64,000 nt of DNA from an uncultured Thioalkalivibrio sp. Lineage in GTDB: Bacteria > Pseudomonadota > Gammaproteobacteria > Steroidobacterales > XN24. Of this stretch, positions 1-10,313 are shown one piece after another (position 1 is the stretch's first letter; the number at the start of each line of letters is the position of its first letter). The DNA lies in the NCBI GenBank assembly GCA_964462675.1, contig CAYWYS010000002.1, positions 42,110 to 106,109 of the forward strand, written 5' to 3'. The notes under the pieces are model-generated. The model worked only from the letters and a program-made list of their open reading frames with translations. It made no database searches and was not told the DNA's origin. The translations under genes and the position numbers were made by a program.

Positions 1-750
1 AAGATAGATCGGGCTCTCGTCGTGCTCAGCCTTGCTGCCGATGGCACGCACGAACTCCTCTCCCGTGGGGTGCAACTCAGGAAAATACTCTCTGGCCGCA
101 AGGGGGGCTCCTTCCTGCCGTACCCAAGTGTCGAGGAAGAGCTTCTGGAACTCGGCCACGACCGGCCCCTCGATCCGGGCGTGCGTGTCGCGCCAGCCAT
201 TGCTCGCGTCGGGCCCCTGCTCGCGCCGCTTGCTGGCACGCTTGCCGATTGGCACGCTGGTGTAGGTGTCACTGATGTTGATTCCACCGACGAACGCCGT
301 CCGGCCGTCGATTACCAGTTGCTTGCGGTGGTCCCGATTGTTCAAGAGCCAGGTCTTGCGGTTCTTCGCCAACGGGTTGACCGGGTTGAACTCCAAGACC
401 CTGATGCCGGCGTCGCGCAAGCGGTCGAAGAACGACTGCGGGGTCATCAGGCCACCAACGCTGTCGTAGATCACACTGACCTGTACGCCGGACGCCTGGC
501 GTTCCAGCAACAGCCCGGAAAACTGCCGGCCCGCGGCGCCGTCATCGAATATATAGGTTTCCAGGTTGATGTGATCGCAGGCCCCGCGGATGGCCGCGAA
601 CATCGCTGCATAGGTTGCCGGCCCGTCCTGCAGAAGCTGCACCCTGTTGCCGGGAATCAGCGGGCTGGGGAGATCCCCAGCCCGCTCGATCGCCAGGTGT
701 TTCTGCAGTAACCGCACCGCCAATCTTGCGTCACTTGACTCGCATGTCAT
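1..750 (-). CDS. cls: Cardiolipin synthase / phospholipase D family protein, 5' part; runs off the left edge and is absent from the ORF track
   Basis: Manual minus-strand translation gives LIPGNRVQLLQDGPATYAAM...INLETYIFDD...IYDSVGG...NNRDHRKQLVIDGRTAFVGGINI...WRDTH, with the first HxKxxxxD motif. The start is uncertain (ATG 750, TTG 723 or GTG 717). Confidence 0.9.
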   Translation of the reverse strand, partial: MTCESSDARLAVRLLQKHLAIERAGDLPSPLIPGNRVQLLQDGPATYAAMFAAIRGACDHINLETYIFDDGAAGRQFSGLLLERQASGVQVSVIYDSVGGLMTPQSFFDRLRDAGIRVLEFNPVNPLAKNRKTWLLNNRDHRKQLVIDGRTAFVGGINISDTYTSVPIGKRASKRREQGPDASNGWRDTHARIEGPVVAEFQKLFLDTWVRQEGAPLAAREYFPELHPTGEEFVRAIGSKAEHDESPIYL

Positions 751-1063
751 TTTTGACAGACTTCACGCCATTGACCTCGCGCGTCACCGCAACGGCACGA
801 TTGATGTCCGCCTGGGAACTTACGAAGCCGCTCAGCTGCACCACGCCCTTGAAGGTTTCCACATTGATTTCGCTGACCTTCAAAGCGGGATCGTTGAGTA
901 TTGCGGCCTTCACCTTCGTCGTGATGACGGTGTCATCGATGTATTCGCCGGTGCCGGACCTGGTCTCGGTCGGCGCACAGCCAGCGAGAGTTACAACGCC
1001 CATGCCCATCACCAGTATCGCAGCCAGGAACAGTGCAGAAAAACGATTACTCTTGAGTTTCAC
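731..1063 (-). CDS. BON-domain (OsmY-like) lipoprotein
   Basis: GTG start after GGAGA; lipobox LAGC; BON signature 'IDDTVITTKVKAAIL...INVETFKGVVQLSGFV'. Confidence 0.88.
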   Translation of the reverse strand: MKLKSNRFSALFLAAILVMGMGVVTLAGCAPTETRSGTGEYIDDTVITTKVKAAILNDPALKVSEINVETFKGVVQLSGFVSSQADINRAVAVTREVNGVKSVKNDMRVK

Positions 1064-2526
1064 TTTGATTTCTCCATTAGAAGTCCATTCACTGACACAC
1101 CGGCCGGGCGTTCGTGGCGACGCGCACGCGTGCCCACGCCGAGCCGCCATCCGATTGCCTGGCGAGGCTTGCCGGCTGCCGAGAATCGGTAACCGTCCAG
1201 GCAGCCGGCCTTTGCCTGGTACATTGCGGCATCTGCGCACCGCATCAGCGCATGCTGGTTTTCGCCGTCATCCGGGTAGACGCTGATGCCGATGCTGGCG
1301 CTTATCCACACCGCCTTGCCATCGATCACGTGCGGCTGTGCGACGGCCGAAAGCACTTTCTCGGCAACGTGGGCCGCGTCCTGCTGACACTCGATCTCCG
1401 CGAGCAGGATCACGAACTCGTCGCCGCCGCGGCGACATACGGTATCTGTTTCGCGCACGCAGCTGCTGAGCCGCGCCGCTATCGATTGCAACAGCCGATC
1501 ACCGACCAGGTGTCCCCACGAATCATTGATGCCCTTGAAATCGTCGAGGTCGATGAACAGCAGCGCCACCTGCTTGCAATGCCGGTACGCCATGCCGATC
1601 GCATGATCCAGTCGCTCCGCCAATTGCACGGGGTTGGCCAGGCCGGTGAGGTGGTCGTGCCGGGCGAGGTGCGCCATCCGCTCGGCCATCGCGCGCGAGT
1701 GCGCAATGTCGTGAAACACGATCACGGCGCCGGCCACGCTGCCATCGCGATCGTGGATCGGCGCTGCCGAATCCTCGATTTCCACCTCGATGCCGTCACG
1801 CCGCACGAGGATGCAACCGGCCGCCAGTTCGACAGTCCGGTCTTCCTCCATGGCTCGTTGCGCCGGATTTGGTACCCTCCTGCGCGTCTCACCATTTATG
1901 ACGGAAAAGACCTTGGCGAGCGGCTGCCCCAGCGCGGCTTCCCGGGACCAGCCGGTCAGCATCTCGGCCTCGCGGTTCAGATAGGTCACTTTGCCCGCCA
2001 GATCCGTGGCCAGCACGGCATCGCCGATGGAATCCAGCGTGACCTGTGCGCGCTCTTTCTCCTCGAAAAGCTCCTTTTCAGCCTTTTGCAGTACGACCTC
2101 GGCAGACTTCCGCTCGGTAATGTCCTCGACGATCAGCAGGGTGGGGTTCGCACGGGGCCGGCCCTGCACGGCGTTCGCATGCAATCGGGTCCACACTGTG
2201 GTGCCGTCACGCCGCCGGAAGCGGAGTTCTGCCTGGAATGGGTGCCCGTGCTCAACGGCCTCGCGCCATTCAGTTGCAGCGCGCTCCCGGTCGTCCTGGT
2301 GTACCGAGTCGCCCCACGCCGTGCCGAGCACCTGCTCGGCCGTGGCGCCGGCGATCGCGCAGTACGCGACGTTCGCATAAATGCAGCGACCCTGCGCGTC
2401 AGCGACGAACATACCCACTGGTAGCCCGTCGGATACTCGCGCCAACACGTCAATATCGAACTGCTCGCCGTCCTTGGGCCCGAGAACGGCCCGATCACTG
2501 CCAGTGTTTGACTGCGCCCAACCCAT
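1060..2526 (-). CDS. PAS-PAS-GGDEF diguanylate cyclase
   Basis: Two PAS/PAC repeats; 'ARHDHLTGLAN', 'LFIDLDDFKGINDSWGHLVGD', intact GGDEF preceded by the RxxD I-site (RETD). Confidence 0.93.
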   Translation of the reverse strand: MGWAQSNTGSDRAVLGPKDGEQFDIDVLARVSDGLPVGMFVADAQGRCIYANVAYCAIAGATAEQVLGTAWGDSVHQDDRERAATEWREAVEHGHPFQAELRFRRRDGTTVWTRLHANAVQGRPRANPTLLIVEDITERKSAEVVLQKAEKELFEEKERAQVTLDSIGDAVLATDLAGKVTYLNREAEMLTGWSREAALGQPLAKVFSVINGETRRRVPNPAQRAMEEDRTVELAAGCILVRRDGIEVEIEDSAAPIHDRDGSVAGAVIVFHDIAHSRAMAERMAHLARHDHLTGLANPVQLAERLDHAIGMAYRHCKQVALLFIDLDDFKGINDSWGHLVGDRLLQSIAARLSSCVRETDTVCRRGGDEFVILLAEIECQQDAAHVAEKVLSAVAQPHVIDGKAVWISASIGISVYPDDGENQHALMRCADAAMYQAKAGCLDGYRFSAAGKPRQAIGWRLGVGTRARRHERPAGVSVNGLLMEKSK

Positions 2527-2623
2527 GCCCTACGCCCCGCTCACAACCGCTTTGTTGTTGCCAAGCAGCTTGGAGTTCGCGGCCAGCGGCGTCTGTGCGC
2601 TTGCAGACACAGCCGCCTGGGTT

Positions 2624-3955
2624 TCAGGGTGGCCTGGCGCCCCCAGGTTCCGGCGTCGGGACCTCGGCCTGGCCGACTGCCTCGGACTCGACCACCGCTA
2701 CGCTCTGGGCGAGCGCGACGCTGGACACCGGCACGTCATCGAGCGTCGAGCTGCTCGGCAGCTCCAAGGGCGCCATCACCGACCGGCGAACCAAGGCGAA
2801 GGTCGCCAACGGCAACGACGCGGCGACGATAACGATGCTCATGGCGTAAATGCCGAACAGCGACGCGGCGACCGCCACGAGCACCGGTCCGATGACACTG
2901 CCCGCGGACCAGAACAGCAGCAGTGTGGTGGCGATCCTGACGGGCAGCACGCCGGCACCCCGCGCGAAGGCGAGCGAATTGCCGACCGCGAACAGCGGCA
3001 TCGACAACCCGCCCAGCAACGCGATGACCAGCAAAAACATCAAGCGGTTCGCCGTCGCATGCGTCTCGCTCAGGCCGGCGACGTCCCCGATCACTAACAG
3101 CGAGCCCAGCGTGGTCACCCCGGCGATCGCGCCGCAGATCAAACCGATCAGCAGCCGCCTGTCCATCCGGTCCGTCAAGGTGCCGATCGGCATCTGCAAC
3201 ACGAGCCGGCCGATATAGAAGCTGGCGATCGCGAGGGCCACGCCGTTTTCGGCCACGCCGCGGGCGGACAGCACCGCCGGCAGGATCGAAGCGAGCGTCG
3301 TCACGACAAGCCCCGACAGCAGCGCTGCGAGCGCCCCGCACCACGAGGGCACGACGATCGACCCCGTCCGCTCGCGGCCGCCCTCCGCCATGACGGGGCG
3401 CACGTCAGGGGCGGCGCTGCCGCTCATCGTCACAAGTACGACAGCCAGGTTGAACCCGATCGCCAGCAGCGTGATGAAGCCCACCTCGAGCCCATCCACG
3501 CGCAACAACAGCAATTGTCCCAGCACCTGCGCCACGCCGACGCACCAGGAATAGGCCGACACGACACGGCCGCGCAGATCGTCGGGCGTCGCCGCGTTGA
3601 TCCAGCCGTCCACGGTAGCGAAGATCGACGCGATGCAAATACCCGTCAGGAACCGCAGCCCGATCCACAAGGTGTCGGAGGGCGTCAGGTCAGTGATGAT
3701 CGCAAGGCTGGTACAGATTGCCGCCGCGGCCGCGAACGCGCGCACATAGCCGACCCGCAAGATGCGCGGCGGCTCGCTGAAGCATCCCACCAGGAAGCCG
3801 AGCGAATAAGCCGCGGCGAGGATCGCGACCGCGGCGTCGCTCGCGCCGCCTGCCAGCATGCGCAGCGGCAGCACCGTCATCATCGTGGAGTTCGCCAGCA
3901 CGACCAGCGAAATCGCAAGGATCAGTGCCGACAAGGACGCGAGAATCCTGAACAA
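2624..3955 (-). CDS. MFS transporter
   Basis: About 12 hydrophobic segments; 'GTLTDRMDRR' MFS motif-A-like sequence; TTG start after AGGAG. Confidence 0.85.
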   Translation of the reverse strand: MFRILASLSALILAISLVVLANSTMMTVLPLRMLAGGASDAAVAILAAAYSLGFLVGCFSEPPRILRVGYVRAFAAAAAICTSLAIITDLTPSDTLWIGLRFLTGICIASIFATVDGWINAATPDDLRGRVVSAYSWCVGVAQVLGQLLLLRVDGLEVGFITLLAIGFNLAVVLVTMSGSAAPDVRPVMAEGGRERTGSIVVPSWCGALAALLSGLVVTTLASILPAVLSARGVAENGVALAIASFYIGRLVLQMPIGTLTDRMDRRLLIGLICGAIAGVTTLGSLLVIGDVAGLSETHATANRLMFLLVIALLGGLSMPLFAVGNSLAFARGAGVLPVRIATTLLLFWSAGSVIGPVLVAVAASLFGIYAMSIVIVAASLPLATFALVRRSVMAPLELPSSSTLDDVPVSSVALAQSVAVVESEAVGQAEVPTPEPGGARPP

Positions 3956-4085
3956 GACCGTCAGACTCCTTTCATGCCAGCGTCATCGGCAGCGCCTGCG
4001 GTGAATCTGCGTGAGCCATGCAAGCGAAACCACCAGCACGCAGACCACGCGTCGTATACCACATTTTCACGAGGGGAATCATCGT

Positions 4086-4595
4086 ATGAAAAGCTTGTCC
4101 AGAATCTTCGCGACCACCGCCGCTCTGTTGCTTGTCAGCGGCCCGACGTTCGCCTATGACAGCAGCGCCAAGGCCGCCAAGAAAGCCGACAGCGACATCG
4201 TCGATACCGCGATCGCCGCGGGCTCGTTCCAGACGCTGGTCGCCGCCGTGCAAGCAGCGGATCTCGTCGACACGCTGAAGGGCGACGGCCCGTTTACTGT
4301 GTTCGCGCCGACTGACGCGGCCTTCGCAGCCCTGCCGGCGGGTACGGTCGAGAGCCTGTTGCTGCCCGAGAATCGCGATCAACTGGTCGCGGTGCTTACC
4401 TATCACGTGGTGCCCGGCAAGGTGATGTCGGCCGATGTCGTCAAGCTTTCCGAGGCAGCTACCGTCAATGGTGCCAGCGTCGCGATTTCCGCCAATTACG
4501 GCACTGTCAAGGTCGGTCGCGCAACGGTCGTGCAGGCCGATGTCGGCGCCAGCAACGGCGTAATTCACGTCATTGACCAGGTGCTGCTGCCCTGA
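4086..4595 (+). CDS. Secreted single fasciclin (FAS1) domain protein
   Basis: Signal peptide, then '[19 protein letters not shown]', '[13 protein letters not shown]', 'LTYHVVPG', '[13 protein letters not shown]'. Confidence 0.93.
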   Translation: MKSLSRIFATTAALLLVSGPTFAYDSSAKAAKKADSDIVDTAIAAGSFQTLVAAVQAADLVDTLKGDGPFTVFAPTDAAFAALPAGTVESLLLPENRDQLVAVLTYHVVPGKVMSADVVKLSEAATVNGASVAISANYGTVKVGRATVVQADVGASNGVIHVIDQVLLP

Positions 4596-4631
4596 ACTGA
4601 AACGCCGGGACGATGATCGACCGGCGCACGC

Positions 4632-4666
4632 AGCGGCCGGCGCCGGGAACGGCGCCGGCCGCTTTT
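4632..4666 (+). terminator. Rho-independent terminator after the fasciclin gene
   Basis: 13 bp stem AGCGGCCGGCGCC / GGCGCCGGCCGCT with a 6 nt loop, followed by a T run. Confidence 0.75.
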
Positions 4667-4676
4667 CCTGTGATCG

Positions 4677-7622
4677 TCAGTGACCGGGTTGGTAGGCCAG
4701 CAGCAGCAGGTCGACGCGGCTCAGCACTTCGCGCAGCGCCACGAGATGCGGCAAGCGCGCGTAGGCGTCATCCGTCGCCACTTCCCGTCCGCGTGCGCTG
4801 ACCTGGCCCATGATGCGCTCATGCTCCACGGCCAACGCCCGCTCGAGCTCGTCGGCCGGCATGCGCCGCTCGATCAGTGCGGCGACGACGGCGCGCGGCG
4901 CTACCGGGTCATGGTCGGTGAACAGTGGCGACAAGGGCGGCGCCGCGTCCTGCCACGCGGCCAGCGTCAGGCCGGCGAGCGCGAAGTACCGCAAATAGAG
5001 CGCCGAGGCTGTCTCGAACTCGCTGCTGCGGAGAACATCCGATGCGAGGCGCGCCTGCGCTGGCGCACGTTTCTGCCAGTACGGGCCCGCCAGCGCTGCG
5101 CCGAGATCGACAAGCTCACCAGCGCCGGCGAGGAGATCGTCGCGCGCCAGTTGCACTGGCAGTGGGTCGCCGACGCAGGATCCGCCGTTCATCGACACGC
5201 TGCTGTCCGCGCTCCACATTATCGGCGCCAGCCGCGCGAGGCACTCGGCCCGGCTGCAGCCCGCGCCGTCCATCCGGTAACCGAAGCTGCAGCGCCGGGA
5301 CGCTGCATGGCGAGCGATCACGATCGGCGGCCGGCCGGGGTCGAGACCGAGCTCGCGAGCCAGCTCCGGACCCGGCGTGAAGCGCACTTCGATCTCCGCG
5401 TCGAGCTCGACGCTGGCGCGCAGGTGATCCCGCACGGGCATTTCGTCGCGCGTGAACTCGGCCACCGCCGGCCGGAAGCGCGCCAGGCAGATTTCCAGCT
5501 CCCCGTGGCCGTCCAGCGACGCCCACAGGAAGGGCGTCGGCACGAGCGCCGCGTAGCTGATCGGCGCCAGGCCGAAGCCTGCGATTGCGTCCCGGTGCCA
5601 GCTTCTGGCCAGCTCCTCGACCGTCACCGGCGAGGCGAAAAAGCGTCGCGCTTCCGCGAGCAAGCCGGCCTCGGTCGCAAGGAATGCGCCGTCCGGTGCG
5701 GGTCCGCAGGGCTTCAGCGCCCGGCTCCCCTCCAGCGCGCCGCTGAGCGTCGTCTCGATGGCCGCCCTTCTCGGGCCCTCCGGCAATGGCTGCCCGAGTC
5801 CGGCGGTCATACGCTTCCCAAACGCGTCCGCCTCCGGATCGTCCAGCGCGCCGATCCGGCGCACCAGTGCCTGCAGCGCTGCAAAGTATTCGTCCAGCGC
5901 GCGCGCGTGCACGGCCTGGTTGAAGCTCGGCGGCTCCAGCACGTCGTGCCGGACGGCCAATCCGGCCAGTGCGTCATGCGTGCGCGTACCGGCTGCACGC
6001 AGGCTGCGCAGGGCCTCGCTGCGGCGCGCGTGGTCCTCCGGCCTGGCAGGGTTCTCCTGGTAGAGTCGCAGCAACGCGGCCGCGTGCTGCTGCCACTCGA
6101 GCGGGTCGCTCAGCGCCAAAGCCGCGGTGTCGTTCATGCCGTTCATCGTCAGCAGCAACGGGTAATGGTGGCGGAACGGAAAGCGCAGGTCCGCCGCGTC
6201 GAGGAAACGCGCGTCGAGGACGAAATTGCGCGCCCGGGTCGCGTATTGCGAGCGCCGCACGGCGCCCTGCAGGAAGCGCTCCTCGCAGCGCCTGAAGTCG
6301 GCCGGCTGCAGGCGTCCGGTCGCGGGATTGCGCGTGCGCAGGCTGAAGCACCGATCGTTCTCTTCCTCGAAGCCGGTCCAGCGGCGCGCATCCTGCACGA
6401 GAAAATCTGACCTCACCCGGGTGCGCTGGGCGGTTTCGATCCGCGCCACGTCGTCCTTGACGACGTCGAGCGCGATCCCCAGCCTGACCAGGCGCGTGTC
6501 CAGCAGGTTGCTCGCCAGCTGCCCCTCCGCGCGCAGGCCCGCGAGACTCCGCCCGGACGATTCACGCAGCTCCGCCACGAGCCGATCGAGCGCCGGGGGC
6601 GCCGCGGCCGGGCCGTCGTCGAACAGCGCCAGCGCCTGGACGCCGGCAAACAGCAGCCCGACGCCCGCCGTCGCGCCTAGGAAAGCCCCGCTGCCGAGCC
6701 CGCCCGCCGCGAGCTTCGCAAACTCCAGCATCGGCGGCCCGATGACTGCGAACGAGGTCGCCATGCCGGGTGAGCCGGACAGCCAGGCGCTGGCGCGTCC
6801 GAGCGCCAGCAGGGCACGCAATTCCTCGCTGCTCGCCGGATCGGCGTCGCCGCCAAGTATCGGTGCCACGCCCACGCCCAGCGCCTGCCAGTAGGCATTG
6901 GCTGTTTCCCGGGCGGCGGCAGCCAGGTTCGGCCCAGCCGCACGGAGTCGCGCGTCCAGGTCCATGATGCCGGCAAGCAGCTGCGGCATTTCCGGCAGCG
7001 ACTGCAGCTGCGGATCTCCCGCCAGCCGCTCCTCGAAGCCGGCCTCGAGCGAAACGCCGGCCATCGCCGGCGCGAACAACTCGTCATGCGCTGCGATGCA
7101 GGCCGGGGAACTCCGGCAGCGCAACCAGACGTCCGGACCAAAGCCGAGCTCCAGCGGCACGCGCATCGCGGCCGAATAATCGTAACGGCCATTGACGAGC
7201 ACGCGGGGCGCAATCAACCGGTCGACTGCGGCCAGCAGGCTCTCGGCTGTGCCAGCGGGGCGCTCGCCCCGCAGCAGCGCGCCGAGCGACACGCCCAGCA
7301 CATCGACGAGCAGCGTCGAGCCCGGCGGGCCGGCGTAAGGCGAGGCCTGCGTCCCGGCAATGCCGTGGATCGACGCGCGGAAGCGCTCGACAGCGGCCTC
7401 GTCGAGGCCGGACAGGTCGCCGGCCGCGGCGAGCTGGTGCCAGAACGCCAGGTAAGCGGGCGCCTGCCCCGGGTCAGATTCGAGATGCAGGCGCACCGCA
7501 GCCGCGTAGCCGACCAGCGCCGCGGTATCGCTCTGTGCCGTTGGCGCCGCAGGCACGGGCTCGGCCGGCACGGAGGCTGCCGGCAACAAGGCCAGTACGG
7601 CTGCCATGAGCCTGCGGATCAT
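4677..7622 (-). CDS. Large (~980 aa) secreted hypothetical protein
   Basis: Long open frame. Likely start is MIRRLMAAVLALLPAASVPA, which reads as a signal peptide. No family recognised. Confidence 0.75.
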   Translation of the reverse strand: MIRRLMAAVLALLPAASVPAEPVPAAPTAQSDTAALVGYAAAVRLHLESDPGQAPAYLAFWHQLAAAGDLSGLDEAAVERFRASIHGIAGTQASPYAGPPGSTLLVDVLGVSLGALLRGERPAGTAESLLAAVDRLIAPRVLVNGRYDYSAAMRVPLELGFGPDVWLRCRSSPACIAAHDELFAPAMAGVSLEAGFEERLAGDPQLQSLPEMPQLLAGIMDLDARLRAAGPNLAAAARETANAYWQALGVGVAPILGGDADPASSEELRALLALGRASAWLSGSPGMATSFAVIGPPMLEFAKLAAGGLGSGAFLGATAGVGLLFAGVQALALFDDGPAAAPPALDRLVAELRESSGRSLAGLRAEGQLASNLLDTRLVRLGIALDVVKDDVARIETAQRTRVRSDFLVQDARRWTGFEEENDRCFSLRTRNPATGRLQPADFRRCEERFLQGAVRRSQYATRARNFVLDARFLDAADLRFPFRHHYPLLLTMNGMNDTAALALSDPLEWQQHAAALLRLYQENPARPEDHARRSEALRSLRAAGTRTHDALAGLAVRHDVLEPPSFNQAVHARALDEYFAALQALVRRIGALDDPEADAFGKRMTAGLGQPLPEGPRRAAIETTLSGALEGSRALKPCGPAPDGAFLATEAGLLAEARRFFASPVTVEELARSWHRDAIAGFGLAPISYAALVPTPFLWASLDGHGELEICLARFRPAVAEFTRDEMPVRDHLRASVELDAEIEVRFTPGPELARELGLDPGRPPIVIARHAASRRCSFGYRMDGAGCSRAECLARLAPIMWSADSSVSMNGGSCVGDPLPVQLARDDLLAGAGELVDLGAALAGPYWQKRAPAQARLASDVLRSSEFETASALYLRYFALAGLTLAAWQDAAPPLSPLFTDHDPVAPRAVVAALIERRMPADELERALAVEHERIMGQVSARGREVATDDAYARLPHLVALREVLSRVDLLLLAYQPGH

Positions 7623-7647
7623 GGGCTGCGCGGGTCCATCGTTGCCA

Positions 7648-9051
7648 TCATTCCTCGGGGATCGGGGCGGTCTCGCCCTCGGGCGGGTCAAGCTCGCGCT
7701 CGAAGTCCGGCGCGAACAGGAAGGGTATATGGTAATCCACGCGCGCCTGGCTGTAGCGGTCGTCGATCGGGGCCTGCTCCGGCTCGGCCCGCGGATTCCA
7801 GGTCACCGTCAGCTCCTGCAGGCCGGGCCGAAGGCCCTCGAGCGGCACGATGCCGAGCAGCCCGCGCATGCCGAGGTCCATGCGTTCGCCGGGGAGAAAG
7901 GTCTCCAGCGCCACGGCATCGTCGTTCAGCGCGACGGCCCAAAGGCGCGCGACACACGCGGCGCCGAGCGCGGCATCCTCACCCGGGCACAGGCGCTCGA
8001 GCAGCGGGTTGTCACGCAAGGGATGATACGGCAGGAACAGGCGCACGTGGCTGCCGCGCTGCTCGAAGGCGGGAATCATCGGCCAGCCACGCAAACGGTC
8101 CTTGCCGCTGCGCATGTCCTCGTAGAAGGTGTTGCGGAACACCGGACCGACAAAGTGGTCGCCGTCCAGGTAGCGGAACTCGCCCGACACAGTGAAATTC
8201 ATCGCCCGGTCCAGGCTGTACTGCCCGACCACGACGATCGCTACGGTGGAAAGCACCAAGCCCACGATGAACAGCGCCGGCCGGGTATTGCTCTGCAGGG
8301 TCAGTTGCACCGGCAGGACCAGCCGTTGCGGGAACAGCCAGCCCGAGACCCGGGCCAGCGACCTGACGACGCTGCGCAACAAGGCCGATTCCATCAGCTT
8401 CGGCCAGCGCGCGACCAGTTTCGCATCGAGCAGCCACAATAGCCCGGGCACGCCAAGGGCCAGCCCGGTCAGGCCGAAGACCGCGTAATTGATCGCCGTG
8501 TTCGGCGCGCCGAAGCGCGCGCCGATCAGCCCCGCCGCCGTGGCTGCCAACAGCGCCAGCGCACCGATCCACAGGATCCCCAGCGCCACAACGCTGATGA
8601 CCGCGAACAACAACGAGGCGAGGCGATCGGAGCGCTGGATGGCCGCCGCCAGGTCCGGCAGGCGCGCGCGGTAGTACTCGCGCGTCAGCGGTCCGATGCC
8701 CGGCGTTCGCTGCCAGTTGATGCCCTGCGGAAATACTGTCCGCAGGCCGATCAGCCCGACCCAGTAGGCGCGCGCCATCAGGTGCAACAGGAAGCACGCG
8801 CCGAGCCCGTAGCACAGGCCGGTCAAAATCAGCAGTGCCGCCCCACCGCCGACCGCAAACGGCAGCGACATGTGGGTCCACACCTCAGCCAGGCGCTCGA
8901 ACAGCCAGCCCGGCAGCGTGAACAGGGCGACTGTCGTCAAGCCGGAGATGATCAGCTCGATCTCGTCCGTGCGGTCGCGCAGCCGGGAAATTTCGCCCGG
9001 CGGCTCCTGTCCGTCGGCCGCGTCGCGCTCCCGTGAATCCCGTTCCGCCAT
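7648..9051 (-). CDS. Hypothetical inner-membrane protein with a C-terminal soluble domain
   Basis: About 5 TM segments in the N-terminal half and a hydrophilic C-terminal half; ends 25 nt before the start of the 980 aa gene. Confidence 0.75.
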   Translation of the reverse strand: MAERDSRERDAADGQEPPGEISRLRDRTDEIELIISGLTTVALFTLPGWLFERLAEVWTHMSLPFAVGGGAALLILTGLCYGLGACFLLHLMARAYWVGLIGLRTVFPQGINWQRTPGIGPLTREYYRARLPDLAAAIQRSDRLASLLFAVISVVALGILWIGALALLAATAAGLIGARFGAPNTAINYAVFGLTGLALGVPGLLWLLDAKLVARWPKLMESALLRSVVRSLARVSGWLFPQRLVLPVQLTLQSNTRPALFIVGLVLSTVAIVVVGQYSLDRAMNFTVSGEFRYLDGDHFVGPVFRNTFYEDMRSGKDRLRGWPMIPAFEQRGSHVRLFLPYHPLRDNPLLERLCPGEDAALGAACVARLWAVALNDDAVALETFLPGERMDLGMRGLLGIVPLEGLRPGLQELTVTWNPRAEPEQAPIDDRYSQARVDYHIPFLFAPDFERELDPPEGETAPIPEE

Positions 9052-9232
9052 GGTGGTCTTACCTCAACGACCGGAGGCCCGCGGCAAGGCCCCGTATGAT
9101 AGCCGGGCGCAGGTGTCGCTCAAAGCGCCGCGGCTTGAATATGGGCACCACCGATGGGAAACTCCCGGCGTTCGGACGCGCGCGGACCTCGACATCAAGA
9201 CAACACACGACAACTGCTCGCGCCCCGGGGCC

Positions 9233-10270
9233 GTGACTGCGCTTCGCTGCAAGATCCTGCTCGCGGCCCTGCTGATGTGCGTCTCCGCAGCCGCCGTGGC
9301 GCAGCGTTCCGACCTGATTTTCCTCGTCAACGGCGACCGCATCACCGGTGAAATCGAATCGCTGGAAGCCGGCATCCTCGAGATCAGCACCGACACGACG
9401 TCCAACCGGATCCTGATCGAATGGCGATTCGTGGACCAGATCATCAGCAACACGCGCCAGTCGGTTGACCTCACTGACGGTCGCCGGCTGCTCGGGCCCT
9501 TCAGGCCGACACAGGAGCCGCGCACCGTGCTGATCGAAACCGAGCGTGGCCCGGTGGTGGTACACACCGACCAGATCGTGGCCGCCTGGCCGGTTGAAGC
9601 GTCGTTCTGGGAAAACTTCGACCTGGACCTGAGCTTCGGGCTGAGTTATGCCAGCAGCACGGAGATCGGCACCTACACGCTCGGGCTGGATGCCAGCTAC
9701 ATCAGCGCCAACATCCTGTTCGACGCGAGGTTTCGCAGCGAGCTGACGAGGCAGAACGAGGCTGACGAGAGCACCACGACGCGCAATGCATTCGACCTGG
9801 ACTACACCCGCAGCCTGGAGGGGCTCAGGTACCGCTCGCTGCTGGTGGAACTCGAGCAGAACGATGCGCTCGGCATCGACCTGCGGGTGCTCGGCGGCGG
9901 CGCCCTCGGCCGATTCCTGATCAAGGAAAACCAGCGGCAATGGCGGCTCGGCGGCGGCCTGGTATACAGCTATGAACTCCCCGAGAGCGGCTCCAGCGAA
10001 TCCAACCTCGAGGCGTTGCTGACCACACGATTCCGTTACTTCCGCTTCGCTTCTCCAGAGCGGGACATCGATGCGCGCATCAACATTTTTCCCAGCCTGA
10101 CCGATTTCGGCCGCATCCGGGCCGATTTCCGCACCACCTTCACGATCGAGCTCACCGGCGACCTCGACTGGGCGCTGGAGGGCTTCTACCGTTTCGATTC
10201 CGACCCGGTGTCCGATGACGGGGATCGCGCCGATTACGGCCTCAGCACCCTGCTGAAGTATTCCTTCTGA
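9233..10270 (+). CDS. DUF481/YdiY-like outer-membrane beta-barrel protein
   Basis: Signal peptide, 'DLIFLVNGDRITGEI' N-terminal domain, amphipathic strands, C-terminal aromatic residue (LKYSF). Start inferred at the GTG. Confidence 0.75.
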   Translation: MTALRCKILLAALLMCVSAAAVAQRSDLIFLVNGDRITGEIESLEAGILEISTDTTSNRILIEWRFVDQIISNTRQSVDLTDGRRLLGPFRPTQEPRTVLIETERGPVVVHTDQIVAAWPVEASFWENFDLDLSFGLSYASSTEIGTYTLGLDASYISANILFDARFRSELTRQNEADESTTTRNAFDLDYTRSLEGLRYRSLLVELEQNDALGIDLRVLGGGALGRFLIKENQRQWRLGGGLVYSYELPESGSSESNLEALLTTRFRYFRFASPERDIDARINIFPSLTDFGRIRADFRTTFTIELTGDLDWALEGFYRFDSDPVSDDGDRADYGLSTLLKYSF

Positions 10271-10313
10271 GCGTCCCCCGCTGTCGGGCGCGGAGTGTCT
10301 CCCCCGGCAATGA

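Noticed and set aside
22-711. 229 aa + strand ORF in the track
   Set aside because: It is the antisense shadow of the cardiolipin synthase frame, which carries the HKD motif on the minus strand.
4020-4060. ECF sigma promoter upstream of the fasciclin gene (GAAAC...CGT)
   Set aside because: The spacing (19 or 22 nt) does not fit the usual 16-17 nt; the evidence is too weak.
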